In this document: piece after piece, positions 26,628 through 38,948 of the stretch
Layout: each line of letters opens with the position of its first letter
How positions within the stretch are numbered: the first letter of the stretch is position 1
Assembly: GCA_013239625.1 (NCBI GenBank)
Contig: MU055458.1
Location: 356,972 to 420,971, forward strand
Direction of reading: 5' to 3'
From: Lama guanicoe
Taxonomy: Eukaryota
DNA: 64,000 bases
Notes under the pieces: model-generated
Database searches by the model: none
What the model saw: only the letters and a program-made list of their open reading frames with translations
What the model was told of the DNA's origin: nothing
Position numbers and translations under genes: made by a program

Positions 26628-27999
26628 CTCTGCAGGGCCTTGGCTCCCTTCGTGGGCTTGCCGGTGTTGTGGTTGGGGGCCCTGTTTTCCCTGGGCTGGG
26701 AGGGCCGTCGGCTGGGTATTTTCTATTTGAGCCACTGCAGGACCCTGGCGTGGGCTGGGGTTCAGAAGTGAGGCTTCCCCAAGGCGAAGCTTGTGGTCAG
26801 AGAGGCCTACTACGCTCAGAGGACAGCCGATCCTCTGCCCCCCATCCTGTGCGCCTCGCACGGCTCTCGGAGACGGGCCAGGATGCCATGGCTTTGGGGC
26901 TCCTCTTGGAAAGATGAGGGTTTGTGCCAGCGGGGATGCCAGGAGAAGGGCCCAGTGACTGAGTCCAACAGTGAGAGCCCCCCAGGGCTGAATTCTGAGC
27001 CCCAGATGCCCTGTGTCGTCAACACGGAGGGGCGGGCGTACAGGCTGCCACACGCACTGAAGTGACACAGTGGCCTCTGGAGGATGAAGGTGGTGCCTGG
27101 AGTGGGACTTTGGATGAACATGTGAGCTACAGGACCCGGCAGGAAGACGGGGAGGGCCTGCGGGGACCCCGTGCGGGGCATTCCTGGACCTGCCATTTAG
27201 AGGGATGAGTCTACCTCTGAGCTGGATGCAGGGCGCCCTCTGCTGGAGATGGCCAGAAGCTCAGCCCCTTTGTGCAGAGAAAGGACTGCGGTCCCAGGGG
27301 CCCGCACCCCAGTCCCTCCCCAGGGAGCATCTGCCCCTTTGTTTCTCAAGGACCTCAGTCAGGACCTGCCCCACAGCGCAGACCCCACAGTCTGGTTGCC
27401 CAGGTACCCAGCGCTGCATGGCCGTGTTTCCAGGTGCACAGGCTTCCCTGCTTCCTGTGGGTGTGGATGCCGGGCATGCCATCCGCCCACAGCAGGCGGG
27501 GCGAGGACAGTGCCGATGACTCATGGCCTTGGCACGCAGGCACTCCTCCTGCCCTTCCACTTATGGTCTGGGAGGCACCACGGCTCCCATGCAAATCACC
27601 CACCAGCCGTGCCAGGGGCTGATCAGCTGCCATGAGCCTGGTTGCATATAAGAGTGACGTGGGAGTGTTGGGGGGCCCGGCTCAGCTGCACTTGTTTCTG
27701 GGGGGCTCTTGCAGAGACTGTGGGCCAGTTCAAGGGGGCACGAGCCCCCTGAGCAGAATCTCAGGCTGTGGTGGCAGTGGAGCCACGTGCTTGGACCTGC
27801 TGGGCAGATGGGGAGACGCTGTGGTGCACCTGCTGACCCTCCTGACCCTCCCCAGCCATCACAGCAAGGAGTGGGGAGTTGCCCTTTCTGGGGGGACTTT
27901 CCTGAGGCTAGGCAGACAGGGTCCCTAATAAACACCTGGTCTCTCTTCTTCTGGGCTGTGGGCTCCTCAGGGCAGAGACCGTGGAGTATGTCCGCTTGT

Positions 28000-28145
28000 T
28001 CCCTGTGCTGCTGCCTGGGGTGGGTGGTGGAGCTCCCTGAGGCCCAGGCTTCTCATCTGGAAAATGGGCACGAGGACCTGCCCACAGGGTGTGGTGGGGG
28101 TCTCACCTAATGCTGAGGCCATGGGTGCACACAGCACACCTGTGA
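28000..28145 (+). mobile_element. MIR fragment
   Basis: ttctcatctggaaaatgggc...cccacagggtgtggtg. Confidence 0.5.
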
Positions 28146-28937
28146 CATGCGTGGGGCCACCTCTCATCTGCGTCTTCAGCACGGCACAGCGGCCACTGGA
28201 TGAGGTGGTGGGCACTGTGGGCTGGATTACCAGCTGGCCTCCATGTGCCCTGGAGCTGTGTGAGCCAGCAGGGCCGCCCCTCGTCTTCAGACGAAGCACC
28301 TGGGGACAGAGAGGCTCAGGGCTTGCTCTGGGCTGGTGCCTCATCTTCCAGCTTGTTCAAGGCCACCTTGGGATCAGGCTGCAGGTGTCCAGGCGGGGAT
28401 CAGAGTTAGTGTAACCCCAGTGTGGGCCTCCTGCTGCCCCGAGATCCAGGCCCAGTCCTTAGTGTGACCACCGGGGCTACACCCTCCTGGGGTTCCCTGG
28501 CCCACCTCCTCCCCAGTCACCAGTCTGCCTGGTCTGTGCCCGGAGCACCAAGCTCTTCTCCCTGTGCCTGGTGGTCCCTGTACAGGAACGTCCACCCTTC
28601 ACTTGGCTGGCCTCTTGCCCATCCTGGGTCTCAGTTGCTGCCCAGGGGAGGATGGGCTGCCCTGCTCAGAGTGGTTCTCCGGTCACCATCCTCAGACAGT
28701 CACCTTGGCTGGAACGTGCCCTCCCAGCCTGCAGGCCAATGGCCTTTACCCTGTCTGCTCCCCCTCCTCTGCATGCCGCGTGCCCAGGGAGGCTCAAAAC
28801 CGTTGTTGAACGAAGAAGAAGGCGTGTGATGTGCATGTGTGCGGGCAGATGAGATGGGGTACACGGGAGAAGGGGTGTGGGGGGTGGAGGTGGGGGCAGC
28901 GGAGGCCCCGGCCACCCGCCGCCCTGACCATCCTCAC

Positions 28938-29093
28938 NNNNNNNNNNNNNNNNNNNNNNNNNNNNNNNNNNNNNNNNNNNNNNNNNNNNNNNNNNNNNNN
29001 NNNNNNNNNNNNNNNNNNNNNNNNNNNNNNNNNNNNNNNNNNNNNNNNNNNNNNNNNNNNNNNNNNNNNNNNNNNNNNNNNNNNNNNNNNNNN
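28938..29093. other. Assembly gap (156 N), inferred to contain BCR exon 9
   Basis: Run of N; exon 8 ends phase 0 and exon 10 starts phase 2; branch-point-like ctgac plus pyrimidine-rich bases immediately 5' of the gap. Confidence 0.85.
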
Positions 29094-29999
29094 GCTCTTG
29101 GTGGTTTCTCTGCCAAGAAAACCTGATGCTTTTTCCACTGTGCCAGGAGAGGCCATAACCCGGTGGCCAGGCTGTCTAGTTAAGCTCCATTCTGTTTCCA
29201 GCTGGATGCTGGATGTGATGCCAGGCTCAGGGTCAAAGGTCATCATTAACACTCTGGAGAAGGTCAGTCAGGTTGGGTGACCGGGCTGTTGACTCTAACA
29301 GCGAAAGGGAAACCTAACTATGACTTCAGGTGCCACAGGAGGCTGTCAGGTCATGAGCCGTCAAGGGAGTGGTGGCAGGTCAGGGGGCTGCAAGGTCTGG
29401 TGCAGGTGGGGAGTGGAGGGTAGCTGCCCTCCTCTGCCGTCAGCAGGCATCACTAGATGCGCTCTGTCTCCCCAAGACCCGGGTGGCTTATAAGTCATTC
29501 TCAGCATTGGCCTGCAGACCCCACCCAGTCCCTCCAGGGATCAGACCACCCAGGTTGCAGGGGCTGGAACTGAGGAAAGACGGTCATGTGGGGAAGGACC
29601 AGAACTGGGCCCTTCACCCCGTTCTGCTGTGCTGCCTGGATTTATCGGGAGAGAGCCTTGGTTTCCCCACCTGTCGAGGGAGGGGTTACACCGGGTGGAT
29701 TGGTGCCTCGATGCTGTCCCACATCAGGGGTGAGCCACCACTGCCAGCACAGGGTAGGGTGGGTGAGGGCTTGTCAGACCCCCGGGACCTGGGTCACACG
29801 TGCACAGTGCTCCTTCCCAAGGGTCATCAAGGCTGGGTCACCAGTGTCTGCCTGTGGTCTCATCCCAGCCTGTCCTGGGGACAAGCAGGGTTTGAAGTTT
29901 GGGTAAACTGCCTGGGTGTGAACTTAAGGGTTCCCAGACTTGAAAGCAGTGACTTAGCAAAGGTGGTCAGCCTGTTAATGCATCCCTTCCCCCACTCAG

Positions 30000-30168
30000 C
30001 AAAACCCAGCAGTACGACTGCAAGTGGTACATCCCGCTCACGGATCTCAGCTTCCAGACGGTGGACGAGTCGGAGGCTGCGCCCAACATCCCCCTGGTGC
30101 TGGATGAGGAGCTGGATGCCATGAAGATGAAGATTTCCCAGATCAAGAGTGACATCCAGAGAGAGAAG
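30000..30168 (+). CDS. BCR: BCR exon 10 (169 nt): (G)KTQQYDCKWYIPLTDLSFQTVDESEAAPNIPLVLDEELDAMKMKISQIKSDIQREK (PH)
   Basis: actcag|CAAA...AAG|gtgggc. Confidence 0.96.
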
Positions 30169-31231
30169 GTGGGCAGCTGGGGGAGCTGGGCTGGGAGCTC
30201 AATGGGGCAGCAGCCTCTCACACTGGCCCGTGGGCAAGTTCTGCTGGGTGTCTGACCCCACTCTGGTCTCTGGGGCCTGCGGGGACCTCTGCGAGTCCTC
30301 AGAGTGCCTGGCCTCCCCATCAGGCTTGGGGCCATCTGGGATGTGAGGTGGAGGGGGTTCCCCGTTGTCCCTCTTACAACTACCCTGATGGGGAGTGAGT
30401 CCCAGGTTGGGGGGTGCGGCCCTCCCAGGATTCTGGCCGCCCCCCCACAGGCCCCTGGTTGTTTCTGGAGAAGAGCAGGGTTCTGTAGGAACAATGAGGA
30501 CAAGCCCCTTGCCTGTAGGGTCAGCCCAGGCTAGAGTGGGAGCCATGCGGTGCCCATAGATGAGGTGTGTGCAGCAGGACAGGAGTCCTCCAGTGCTCCC
30601 ACCCCTGCCCAGCCTGCTGCGCCACACGCCTGGCCAGGTAGGAAAGCACGGGAGCCCTGGGACCAGCATGAACTCTAGGTAGTGAACTCTAGGTTATTCA
30701 CTTGTCTAGATGGGCCCGGGGCTCCCATGGCCGTGTCCTGGGGCAGAAGGGAGCCAAGGCTGCCTCTCTGGGGCTGTTGAGCCCGGTACCACCCCTCACC
30801 CATCCATGCTGTGCTCTTCGCCTAGTGACAGGCGGTATAGCCTCCCTTGGGGATGGAGGGCTTCAGGAGGGAGGCACACTGGCAGGGAGGGTTTTCCCAG
30901 CCAGGTCCTGGGATGCGTCTGGCCTGCCGTCGGGACCCTGGCAATCTGGGAGCAGGGGTGGGGAGCGGTTAATGCTGTAAGGAGGTCGGATCCTGGAACA
31001 GGGAGGGGCCCTGGTGGTCACCACAGGCCCCTGGACATTGTCCAAGTTTGGAGAGAGTGAGAGAGAAGCTGTTTGTGAAGATCTCATTTCTCTGTCCTCA
31101 GGAGAGGAAGGACTTAACTGCTAAGTTACCTAAGGAGGGTGGACTGAGCACATCCGGCAGCCTGTGCGGCCAAGCGGGAATGGGTGGCGCTGGGCTCCGG
31201 GTGGAATCGTGACCCCGTCCTCTCCCTGCAG

Positions 31232-31351
31232 AGAGCGAACAAGGGCAGCAAGGCCATTGAGAGGCTGAGGAAGAAGCTCTCGGAGCAGGAGTCCATGCTT
31301 CTGCTCATGTCGCCCAGCATGGCCTTCAGGGTGCACAGCCGCAACGGCAAG
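31232..31351 (+). CDS. BCR: BCR exon 11 (120 nt): [40 protein letters not shown]
   Basis: ctgcag|AGA...AAG|gtgagc. Confidence 0.97.
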
Positions 31352-32023
31352 GTGAGCGCCTGGCCCTGGCCCCGCCCCACCGGCCCCACCCCTGCCGGCC
31401 ACTCCACACCCCGCTGGCCACGCCCCCATGCGGTTGTGATCCTGTTTCCCAGCCAAGAGGCTTGCCCAGCGTGGCATACAGGCCCACAGGTCCCTCTGTC
31501 TGGGGCTTTGGGCTGGATCCCCCACAACTGGGAGGTGGTGGGGTCTCCAGGAAGTCTCAGTAGGGCCGGGGGCTTGCAGGTTTGTGCAGACCTTGGCGCA
31601 GGCATGCTATGGGGCACCTCGTGGGCTGGAGAGGCACCCTCTCTGCTGGGTGGCTCCTGCTGCTGTCTGTATGTAGCGGGACCTTTCCCTCCATGGGCAT
31701 CACAAGTCCGTCAGGGAGCAGCCGGGACAGGCTGACGGTGGGCTCTGCAGGGACCTTGTCTCTGCGTCATGGCCCAGGCTTATGGGTTGGACGCAGGTGG
31801 TCCTGTGGCCCTGAGCCACGACACGTCACGACCTGACCCAGACGTGGCAGGACAGGCGGACATGCAGGAAGGGGCCCCGAGCTCCTGCCGGCCTGCCATG
31901 GGACAGTGCGCGTGCCTCTGACGGGAGCACTGCAGCTCCATGGGGGGACCAGGAATGCACCCTGGACCTACTGGGCACCCACTTAGCAGGGGTGGAGATA
32001 ATGGGGTGTGCTCTCCCCGCCAG

Positions 32024-32099
32024 AGTTACACGTTCCTGATCTCATCCGACTACGAGCGTGCCGAGTGGCGGGAGAACATCCGGGAGCAGCAGAAGAAAT
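32024..32099 (+). CDS. BCR: BCR exon 12 (76 nt): SYTFLISSDYERAEWRENIREQQKK(C)
   Basis: cgccag|AGT...AAAT|gtgagt. Confidence 0.97.
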
Positions 32100-33481
32100 G
32101 TGAGTGGCCTGTGGTCCGGGGACACCGGCTGGGGAGCATCAGGGCTGGGCGGTTGCCTCCTGTGGTCACAAACCTTGTTTTCCCCAAGGGATTGGGCAGC
32201 GGAACTCATCCAAGTGAGATGTATGCTGTGGTGCTCTCATATAGGGAATAACTGGGGATGCGCTGTCCTGATGGGGCCCCTGCCCTCTTTGCACCCCACA
32301 CCTGCCCTCTGACCTTCCTACTGAACCCCTCCCACTCCCCCAGCCTTCCTTGAATTCCCTGCCTGTCTCCTGGACCTCCCTACCCTCATCCCTGCCTGCC
32401 CCCAGGGCCCCCCCAAGCCCCCTCTCCCTCCCTGCTGAGGCTGCTATGCACGTGGCCCATCCCTTGCCTGCCCCCCAGGCCTGCCACACCCCCCGTAGAG
32501 GCTGATGCTGTAGGACCCTTTGCTGAGCCCACTTGGGCAGCCGCACTGGGCTGGCCCCATTCACCTGTGCTGACCACCATCAGGACAGGGGCTCCCTCCC
32601 CTCCAGATGCCCCATCTCCAGGTGCTTCCCTCTGTTAGCAGTTCTTTCCTGCTGCTCAGCTCAGAGCTGGCCTATGCTGCCTGTCAGTCTTCAGGGTGGG
32701 ACGGCAGACCCTACCCCATGTCCTGGGGCCGCTGCTGCCTGGTTGCCTCTTCCACCCCCAGCCACGTGGTTTGGGATTCCTGAGTCATCCTTGCTAAGAG
32801 GGTCCTGCATGCACCCTGTGTGCCGGGAGAGCCAGGCTGAGCACCATATCCCGGGTGGGCCAGGGGCTCCACACACCCCTGCCCTGTCCTGGACTCCTAT
32901 CCTCCCAGGCTCGTCACTCATACCTGTGCTGAGCCCCAGCTGTCGCTGCATCCAGGGATGGGGCCCTCCCGGTAACTCCGATGGCTGGTGCCTGGGGCCC
33001 GGCCAGTGTTCCTGTCCCAGGTGTCCTGTTATAACCAGGTTATAACCATTTACAGCATCTGTTCTCTGCTCAGAAATAAGCCTCTTTCCCCACCTGGTGG
33101 AGAGATGGGGCTGCATCAGGGAAGCAGAGGACAGAGCTGTACTGGGTGTCTGTCTGGGGAGACCCCAGAGGAAGGTGCTGCGGGTCACCCCGACAACCGC
33201 CTTGTGGCCATGCCGAGATGGCAGGCGACACCTGTGTTTGTGAGCGTTGTGCAGAGATTCCTCCCACCCTCTGAGTCTACCCTGGGCCCTCCAGGGCCCC
33301 ACCTCACCTGCCACTTCCCAGCCCTTCCCTGGGAGCAGATGGTCCTTCTTGAGCCACCACAGCCCCTGTGGGCCTCCTCGCTGGGGTGTGCTGAGGGCCC
33401 AATCGGGGGGTGAGAACGCATCTTGGGGGGCCCAAGAGCGGGGCAGACTCACTGGTTGGTGTACCGCGTCCCCTCTCGCAG

Positions 33482-33586
33482 GTTTCAAGAGCTTCTCCCT
33501 GACGTCCGTGGAGCTCCAGATGCTGACCAACTCGTGCGTCAAACTCCAGACCGTCCACAGCATCCCGCTGACCATCAACAAAGAAG
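33482..33586 (+). CDS. BCR: BCR exon 13 (105 nt; b2/e13 equivalent): (C)FKSFSLTSVELQMLTNSCVKLQTVHSIPLTINKE(D)
   Basis: tcgcag|GT...GAAG|gtgggc. Confidence 0.97.
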
Positions 33587-34211
33587 GTGGGCCATCCTCC
33601 CAAGGCCGCCGTCCCTTCCTGCTGACAGTGCTGTCCTGGGTCCAGGGGTCTCCATTCCCAGGGATGTGTGTGCTACTGAGGGCCTATCGACCTCTCCCAG
33701 GAGTGGGCGGGAGGGGTGAGGAGCAGTTGCTCCCAGGCGGCCACTACTGGGTGGCTAAGAAGACAGTGACTTCCGTCCCAAGTCCTGAGTGGCTCCTCAG
33801 ACCCTCTGTGCTCTGGGTCTGGCCCCCACCCCCCGACCCACCCCTCAGCCAGGTACCCCCCCAACCCATGGTGGTTCTGCATCTTGAGTTCACTGTTAAT
33901 GCACACTCATGTACACACAGTCACACACGGGGGTGTGCCTTGCACACACATGCACACCCCCATCCATGTGGCATGCTCCCCGACCCCTCTCCTGTCCTGA
34001 GAACCTGTCACATCTCATCTTGGTCCCAACCAGATCCTCGGGTCCCTGGACAGAGGCCACTGTGTGTATTTCTGCTGTGACATTGCCTTGTCCCCTGCTA
34101 AACAAATGACAGTCATGTGGTGCTCCCTTGAGGGTCACCTTGAAGAAGAGCCTGTCACCTGCCTGCCTCTCCCAAGAGGACAGACACTTACCTCTCTGGT
34201 CTCTCGCACAG

Positions 34212-34286
34212 ACGATGAATCTCCTGGGCTCTATGGGTTCCTGAATGTCATCGTCCACTCTGCCACCGGCTTTAAGCAGAGTTCAA
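34212..34286 (+). CDS. BCR: BCR exon 14 (75 nt; b3/e14 equivalent): (D)DESPGLYGFLNVIVHSATGFKQSS
   Basis: gcacag|AC...TCAA|gtaagt. Confidence 0.97.
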
Positions 34287-34794
34287 GTAAGTGGCTGATT
34301 TGGGGAGGAAGGTGGCAGGGCACCAAGCCAGAGGGTGTGGGGACTAGGGAAGCAGTTGACCTCTGGGATAAGCGGTGCTGGTCAACGCCCACTGAGTGTG
34401 GAGTTGCTTCCCGGAGTGGACACTGCCCTTGCGGGCAGTGCCGGGCTCAGATCCTGCGAGCTGGTGAGCTGCCCCCTGCAGGCGATTCGTGCGATTGCAG
34501 GGGCAGGAATTTGCTGCAGATAGAAAATGCAGCCCAGGTTCCCAGGACGCCAGTGGGGTCGTGGGCCGGCACCCTGCCCCTGGTCACAGGGGAGATTCGG
34601 CAGCTCTGACGAGTCAGAGGGATACCCCTGGGGCAGCCTATCCCAGCCACTCGAGCTATCAGAGCAGGGAGGTCTGGTTGCATCTCAGTCCAGGTGTAGC
34701 TCACACTCACCTACCACCTGGCACCAAGCTCCCTGGGTCCCTCAGAGGACACAGGGCAGACGTTGTTCTAATGACCTTTCCACTGTTGTTGCAA

Positions 34795-36620
34795 AACCAA
34801 ACAAGAAATCCCTGAGGAGCCACAGAACAGAAGATGTTTGCAGACCATGTATAAATGATCAGGGACTTGTATCCAGAACAGAACTCTTAAAACTCAGTGC
34901 TAAGGAGACAACCCAATTTTTAAAAACGATCAAAAGATTTGGATAGACAGAAAAAGCAGATTTCTAGAAATAGCTCTGTGGCTGAATGGAAAGTAACCTC
35001 ACGTAGGCACGTGAGGTCTCTTAGGGACTATGGGAATGTGCTGAAATTGGACAGTGGTCATGACTGCACAACTCCATACACTTACCAAAAGCATCGAATT
35101 GGACACTTTCTGAAATGGGTAAACTTGAAGGTATATAAATCATAACTCAGTAAAGCCGTTTTAAGAAAAAGAACAGAAGATACTTGCTAGTGAATAAATT
35201 GTCTCTCTAACTAGATTTGAGTGGGAATAAGTCTGATTACAAATACATTTTCATTTTAGCCTCTTCTAACTGTATTAATCCACTGATGACTAGAAAGATT
35301 AGAATTTCCCCATCACTAATAGAGTCATTAGTCTTCTCTGTATTGAGCCGTTTTAAATTACTTGGTTGCTTCAGATACTTGTAAAAGTACATTTCATAAA
35401 ACAATGGTGAGTTAATGATTTTTAAATTACATCAACTGATGCACAGAATTTAGCAGGAAGATTTTCCATAAAAATACCTTGTATTTCGATTACTAAAAAT
35501 GAGAAAGACTGTGATCGTTGTGTAAGAGTCTTTTCAAAGTTTCCTTCCTATGATAGCAGCATTTTATAAGTAGTTTCTGCAAGTTTTTTATTGCTGTTTG
35601 CTTGGTTTTTGGTTTTTTGAAACCTAAACAAGGCACAGGGCATTGTTTATATTAAGAAATACTCTTCTTTCAGTTTCTAAAGAAATAAGTCACAGGGATG
35701 TAGTGTATAGCACAGGGAAGAGGGTCAATAATATTATAATGTAATACTTTGCAACATATATATTGTATACAGTGGATGTTGTATAAAATATTACATAATA
35801 TTATGTAATATATAATGCAATAACTTTGTATGGTGAGAGGTAACTAGACTTACGGTGATCATTTTAGAATGTACAAAAATGTTGAATGGCTATGTTACAC
35901 ACCTGAAACTAATATAATATTGTAAGTCAATTATACTTCAATTTAAAAACGATTTGGGTAGACACTTCACCAAAGAAATACAGATAGCTAATAAGCACAT
36001 GAAAAGATGCTCAGCATTGCAGGGAAATGTGCATTAAAACCACAGTGAGGGACCACTTCCTGCCCCCTCGGACAGGGATCATCAAAACGATGCGCTGCGG
36101 GGAAGGCTGGCAGGACGTGGAGGGATGGAACCCTCAGTCAGCTCCGTGGCTTCTTAAAAAGTTACACATACCCCTACCATAGGACCCCGCAACCCCACTC
36201 TGAAGTATTTACTCCAGAGAAATGGAAGCCCAAGTCCAGGTAAAGACTTGGGCATGAATGATAAACAAAACATGGTCCGTGCATGCCGTGGACCATTACC
36301 CAGCAGTCCTACGACTGACATTGGCCACACCGGGGCTCAACCTAGAGAACAGTTACGCTGAGCGAGAGACCCCAGACACAGAACGCTGCACACTGCATCA
36401 TTCCATGTGCGTGGTACTTCTAGAGAAGGCAACATGTGGAAACAGAAAGCCTGTCAGGTTGCCTGGGACGCGGGGTGGGAGGAGGGTGACTACAGATGGG
36501 CTCGGGGGCTTCTGGGGGGCAGAGCTATGTCCCCAGATGATGGCGGTGCTGTCTGCATGAGTGTTTACATTTACTTAGAACCCTCAGCGCTCACAGTGGG
36601 CGAGGGTATGGTGTGCACAT
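34795..36620 (+). mobile_element. Old L1 (ORF2 C-terminus/3'UTR) split by a ~1-kb composite insertion
   Basis: gggacttgtatccagaa...acaacccaatttttaaaa...gatttggatagaca continues at 35951 as gatttgggtagacacttcaccaaagaa...aataagcacatgaaaagatgctca. Confidence 0.75.
34950..35950 (+). mobile_element. TSD-flanked composite retro-insertion: old L1 3' fragment, unique AT-rich DNA, then a younger L1 3' end
   Basis: Direct repeats gatttggRtagaca at 34936-34949 and 35951-35964; L1 3' end agtcacagggatgtag...cacctgaaactaatataatattgtaagtcaattatacttcaatttaaaaa. Confidence 0.65.
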
Positions 36621-37231
36621 CGTAGCGCTGTGAAGCTGTGACACGCACAACGTCGTTCCCCTGGGCACTCCCCCACCCTGGGCAACCCCATAAATGCTGG
36701 TGTTTCCATCTGAGCCTCCGCCAGGACCCTTCATCAGCAGCCCGGGTGGTGCCGGCTGCCTCCCCACCCCCACTTAGCCATCCTGTCCTCCCGCTGTTAC
36801 CTTCCCATCAGTCTCCCCAGTGTCCCACACTGAAACTCACATCTCCAAACTTGTCCCTTTTGTCTTATGCCCCGCCCTCCACACCAAGTTCACCATTCTC
36901 CATTGTCACCTCTGGTCACTGCCACCCCCTTCCTCCAGGCCCCTGGCAGTGGCCTTCTCCTTGGTTCCCCGCCAGGTGTCATCCTCTCTGCTCCCCTGCA
37001 CCCCGCTTCTTTCCCAGCACTGAGCTGCTTCCAGTCCCCAAGGGAGTGAATGTTCTGGGGGGTACCGGTTCCCAGCCCCACTTGGCACAGGTGCTGGCCA
37101 CTGCTGTGGGATCTTACTTCAAGAAGAAAACCAAGACTGTTTTTATGATTCAGAAGATAACACCTGCCCTTATAGAAAACGTGGGTGGCCAGGGGCAGCA
37201 CGGTCACCATCTCCGTGTCGCCCTCCCGCAG

Positions 37232-37329
37232 GTCTGTACTGCACCCTGGAGGTGGACTCCTTTGGCTACTTTGTAAATAAAGCCAAGACGCGTGTCTACA
37301 GGGACACGGCTGAGCCCAACTGGAATGAG
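37232..37329 (+). CDS. BCR: BCR exon 15 (98 nt): (S)[32 protein letters not shown] (C2)
   Basis: ccgcag|GT...GAG|gtgagt. Confidence 0.97.
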
Positions 37330-38294
37330 GTGAGTCTGAGCGGGTGGGTCTGACCCCCGAGACTCCCTGAGGGCTTCCCTGCAGGCGACGTCACCAGCTT
37401 CCCGGCATCTCCTGGGGGAAGGAGGCGAGTCCAAGAGATGTTATCTTTCTGTTCCTGAGAATCACCCCCACCCCAGCACCATTACAAAGAAATTTGTTTT
37501 GCTGGCAGAGTGTCTGGAAAAAGAACTTCTTATGCCGCCTGTGTTATTACTCAGTGTTTACTTGGGAGATTTCCATAGTGTTTTTCTTCGGAAATTGGAA
37601 CAAGCGCTCCGCTCTGTGACCCTCTCGGTGTCAGGAAGCTGGGGCTTCACCTGTGGGGCTGGTTGAGCTCCGGGGGCGCCACTCCCTGGGCCTCGCTGGG
37701 CTGAAATGAACTCTTCTCAGCATCACAACTCTGGTCACTAGCCGTGCCTCCTCCATAGGACTGAGGCCCAGGGAGCCACAGAACCACCTGGTCCTTGTCA
37801 CTCGGGGCACCCGTGTGGTTGATGTCTGCGGTGACAGGGGGTGGGGGGCACAGCCAGGGGGACCCATGGAAGAAGGCTTTGTGGGGGTGGGGCATGACCC
37901 AGCAGAGGCACCAAGGGAGGGGTTCTGGACACTGGGGAGGTTCCAGGTGCGAGCCAGCCAAGGGATCAGGGACCGAGCATGGGGGGAGGGCCATGCATCT
38001 GGCTTATCCAAACTCTCCTGTGTTCCCGGCACTCACACCCTCCCCACCCCATCCCCATTCAGGCTCAGTGATACCCGCTTCTGCCCGGCCCCATCCTCCT
38101 CCATTTCCCTGCCAAGACCTATGCCTGCAAAAACATTGGTGTGAAATGTAGAATTTACTGGAGATACTGGAGGGTGACGGAGAAAGACCACACACCCTGA
38201 AGCAGTCAACTCGAAAGCTTATGGGAGAAATCTTTCCTCCTGCGTTCCCCTCTCTCTCCTGTGTCACCTCCCTGGGTTGATTTGTTTGTTTCCT

Positions 38295-38500
38295 TTCCGA
38301 TAGACTTTATCTATATAGAGCCACTTTCAGATCCACAGCAAAACTGGGCAGAAAGGACAGAGATGTCCCTGTCCCCCGATGTGCACAGCCTCCCTGACTG
38401 TCGGTGCACCCACTTGGGACTCTCGTCATAATCAGCGAACCTGCAAGGAGACCTTGTCATCCCCCAGAGTGCACAGAATGTCTGCATTTGTAACCGGCCC
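38295..38500 (-). mobile_element. L1MC-like 3' fragment
   Basis: tagactttatctatatagagccactttcagatccacagcaaaactgggcagaaaggacagaga. Confidence 0.55.
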
Positions 38501-38816
38501 CCCAGAGCTTCTGGTGTAGGGGGCACGGGGACTGCCCTGTGAGATGCTGGGTTTTAAGGCTCTTGGATGTGGGTTGAGAGGCGCTCAGGGCCTCCAGAAG
38601 CCTCCAGACAGGGCCACGGCATGATGCTTATGGGGAAGTAGCTCTGAGGGTCTGCATCGCAGGACAGAAGTGAGGAGGGTCTTGATGCACAGAGCCTCCT
38701 GGGGCAGCAAGGAGGAGCCACGGTCCAGGGGCCCCTTTGGCTGGCAGTGCCGACCTCAGCCGCTTGCTTGGACCTGCCTGTTAACTGGGGACTTTCCTTC
38801 TCTCTCGGGGCTGCAG

Positions 38817-38948
38817 GAATTTGAGATCGAGCTGGAAGGCTCCCAGACTTTGAGGATACTGTGTTATGAGAAGTGTTACAACAAAACGAAGATCACCAAG
38901 GAAGACGGCGAGAGCACAGACAGGATCATGGGGAAGGGCCAGGTCCAG
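38817..38948 (+). CDS. BCR: BCR exon 16 (132 nt, symmetric phase 0-0): [44 protein letters not shown]
   Basis: ctgcag|GAA...CAG|gtgagg. Confidence 0.97.

Noticed and set aside
23758-30168. BCR as a pseudogene because exon 8 to exon 10 is out of frame
   Set aside because: All other exons are intact, and an N gap large enough for exon 9 sits at the expected place
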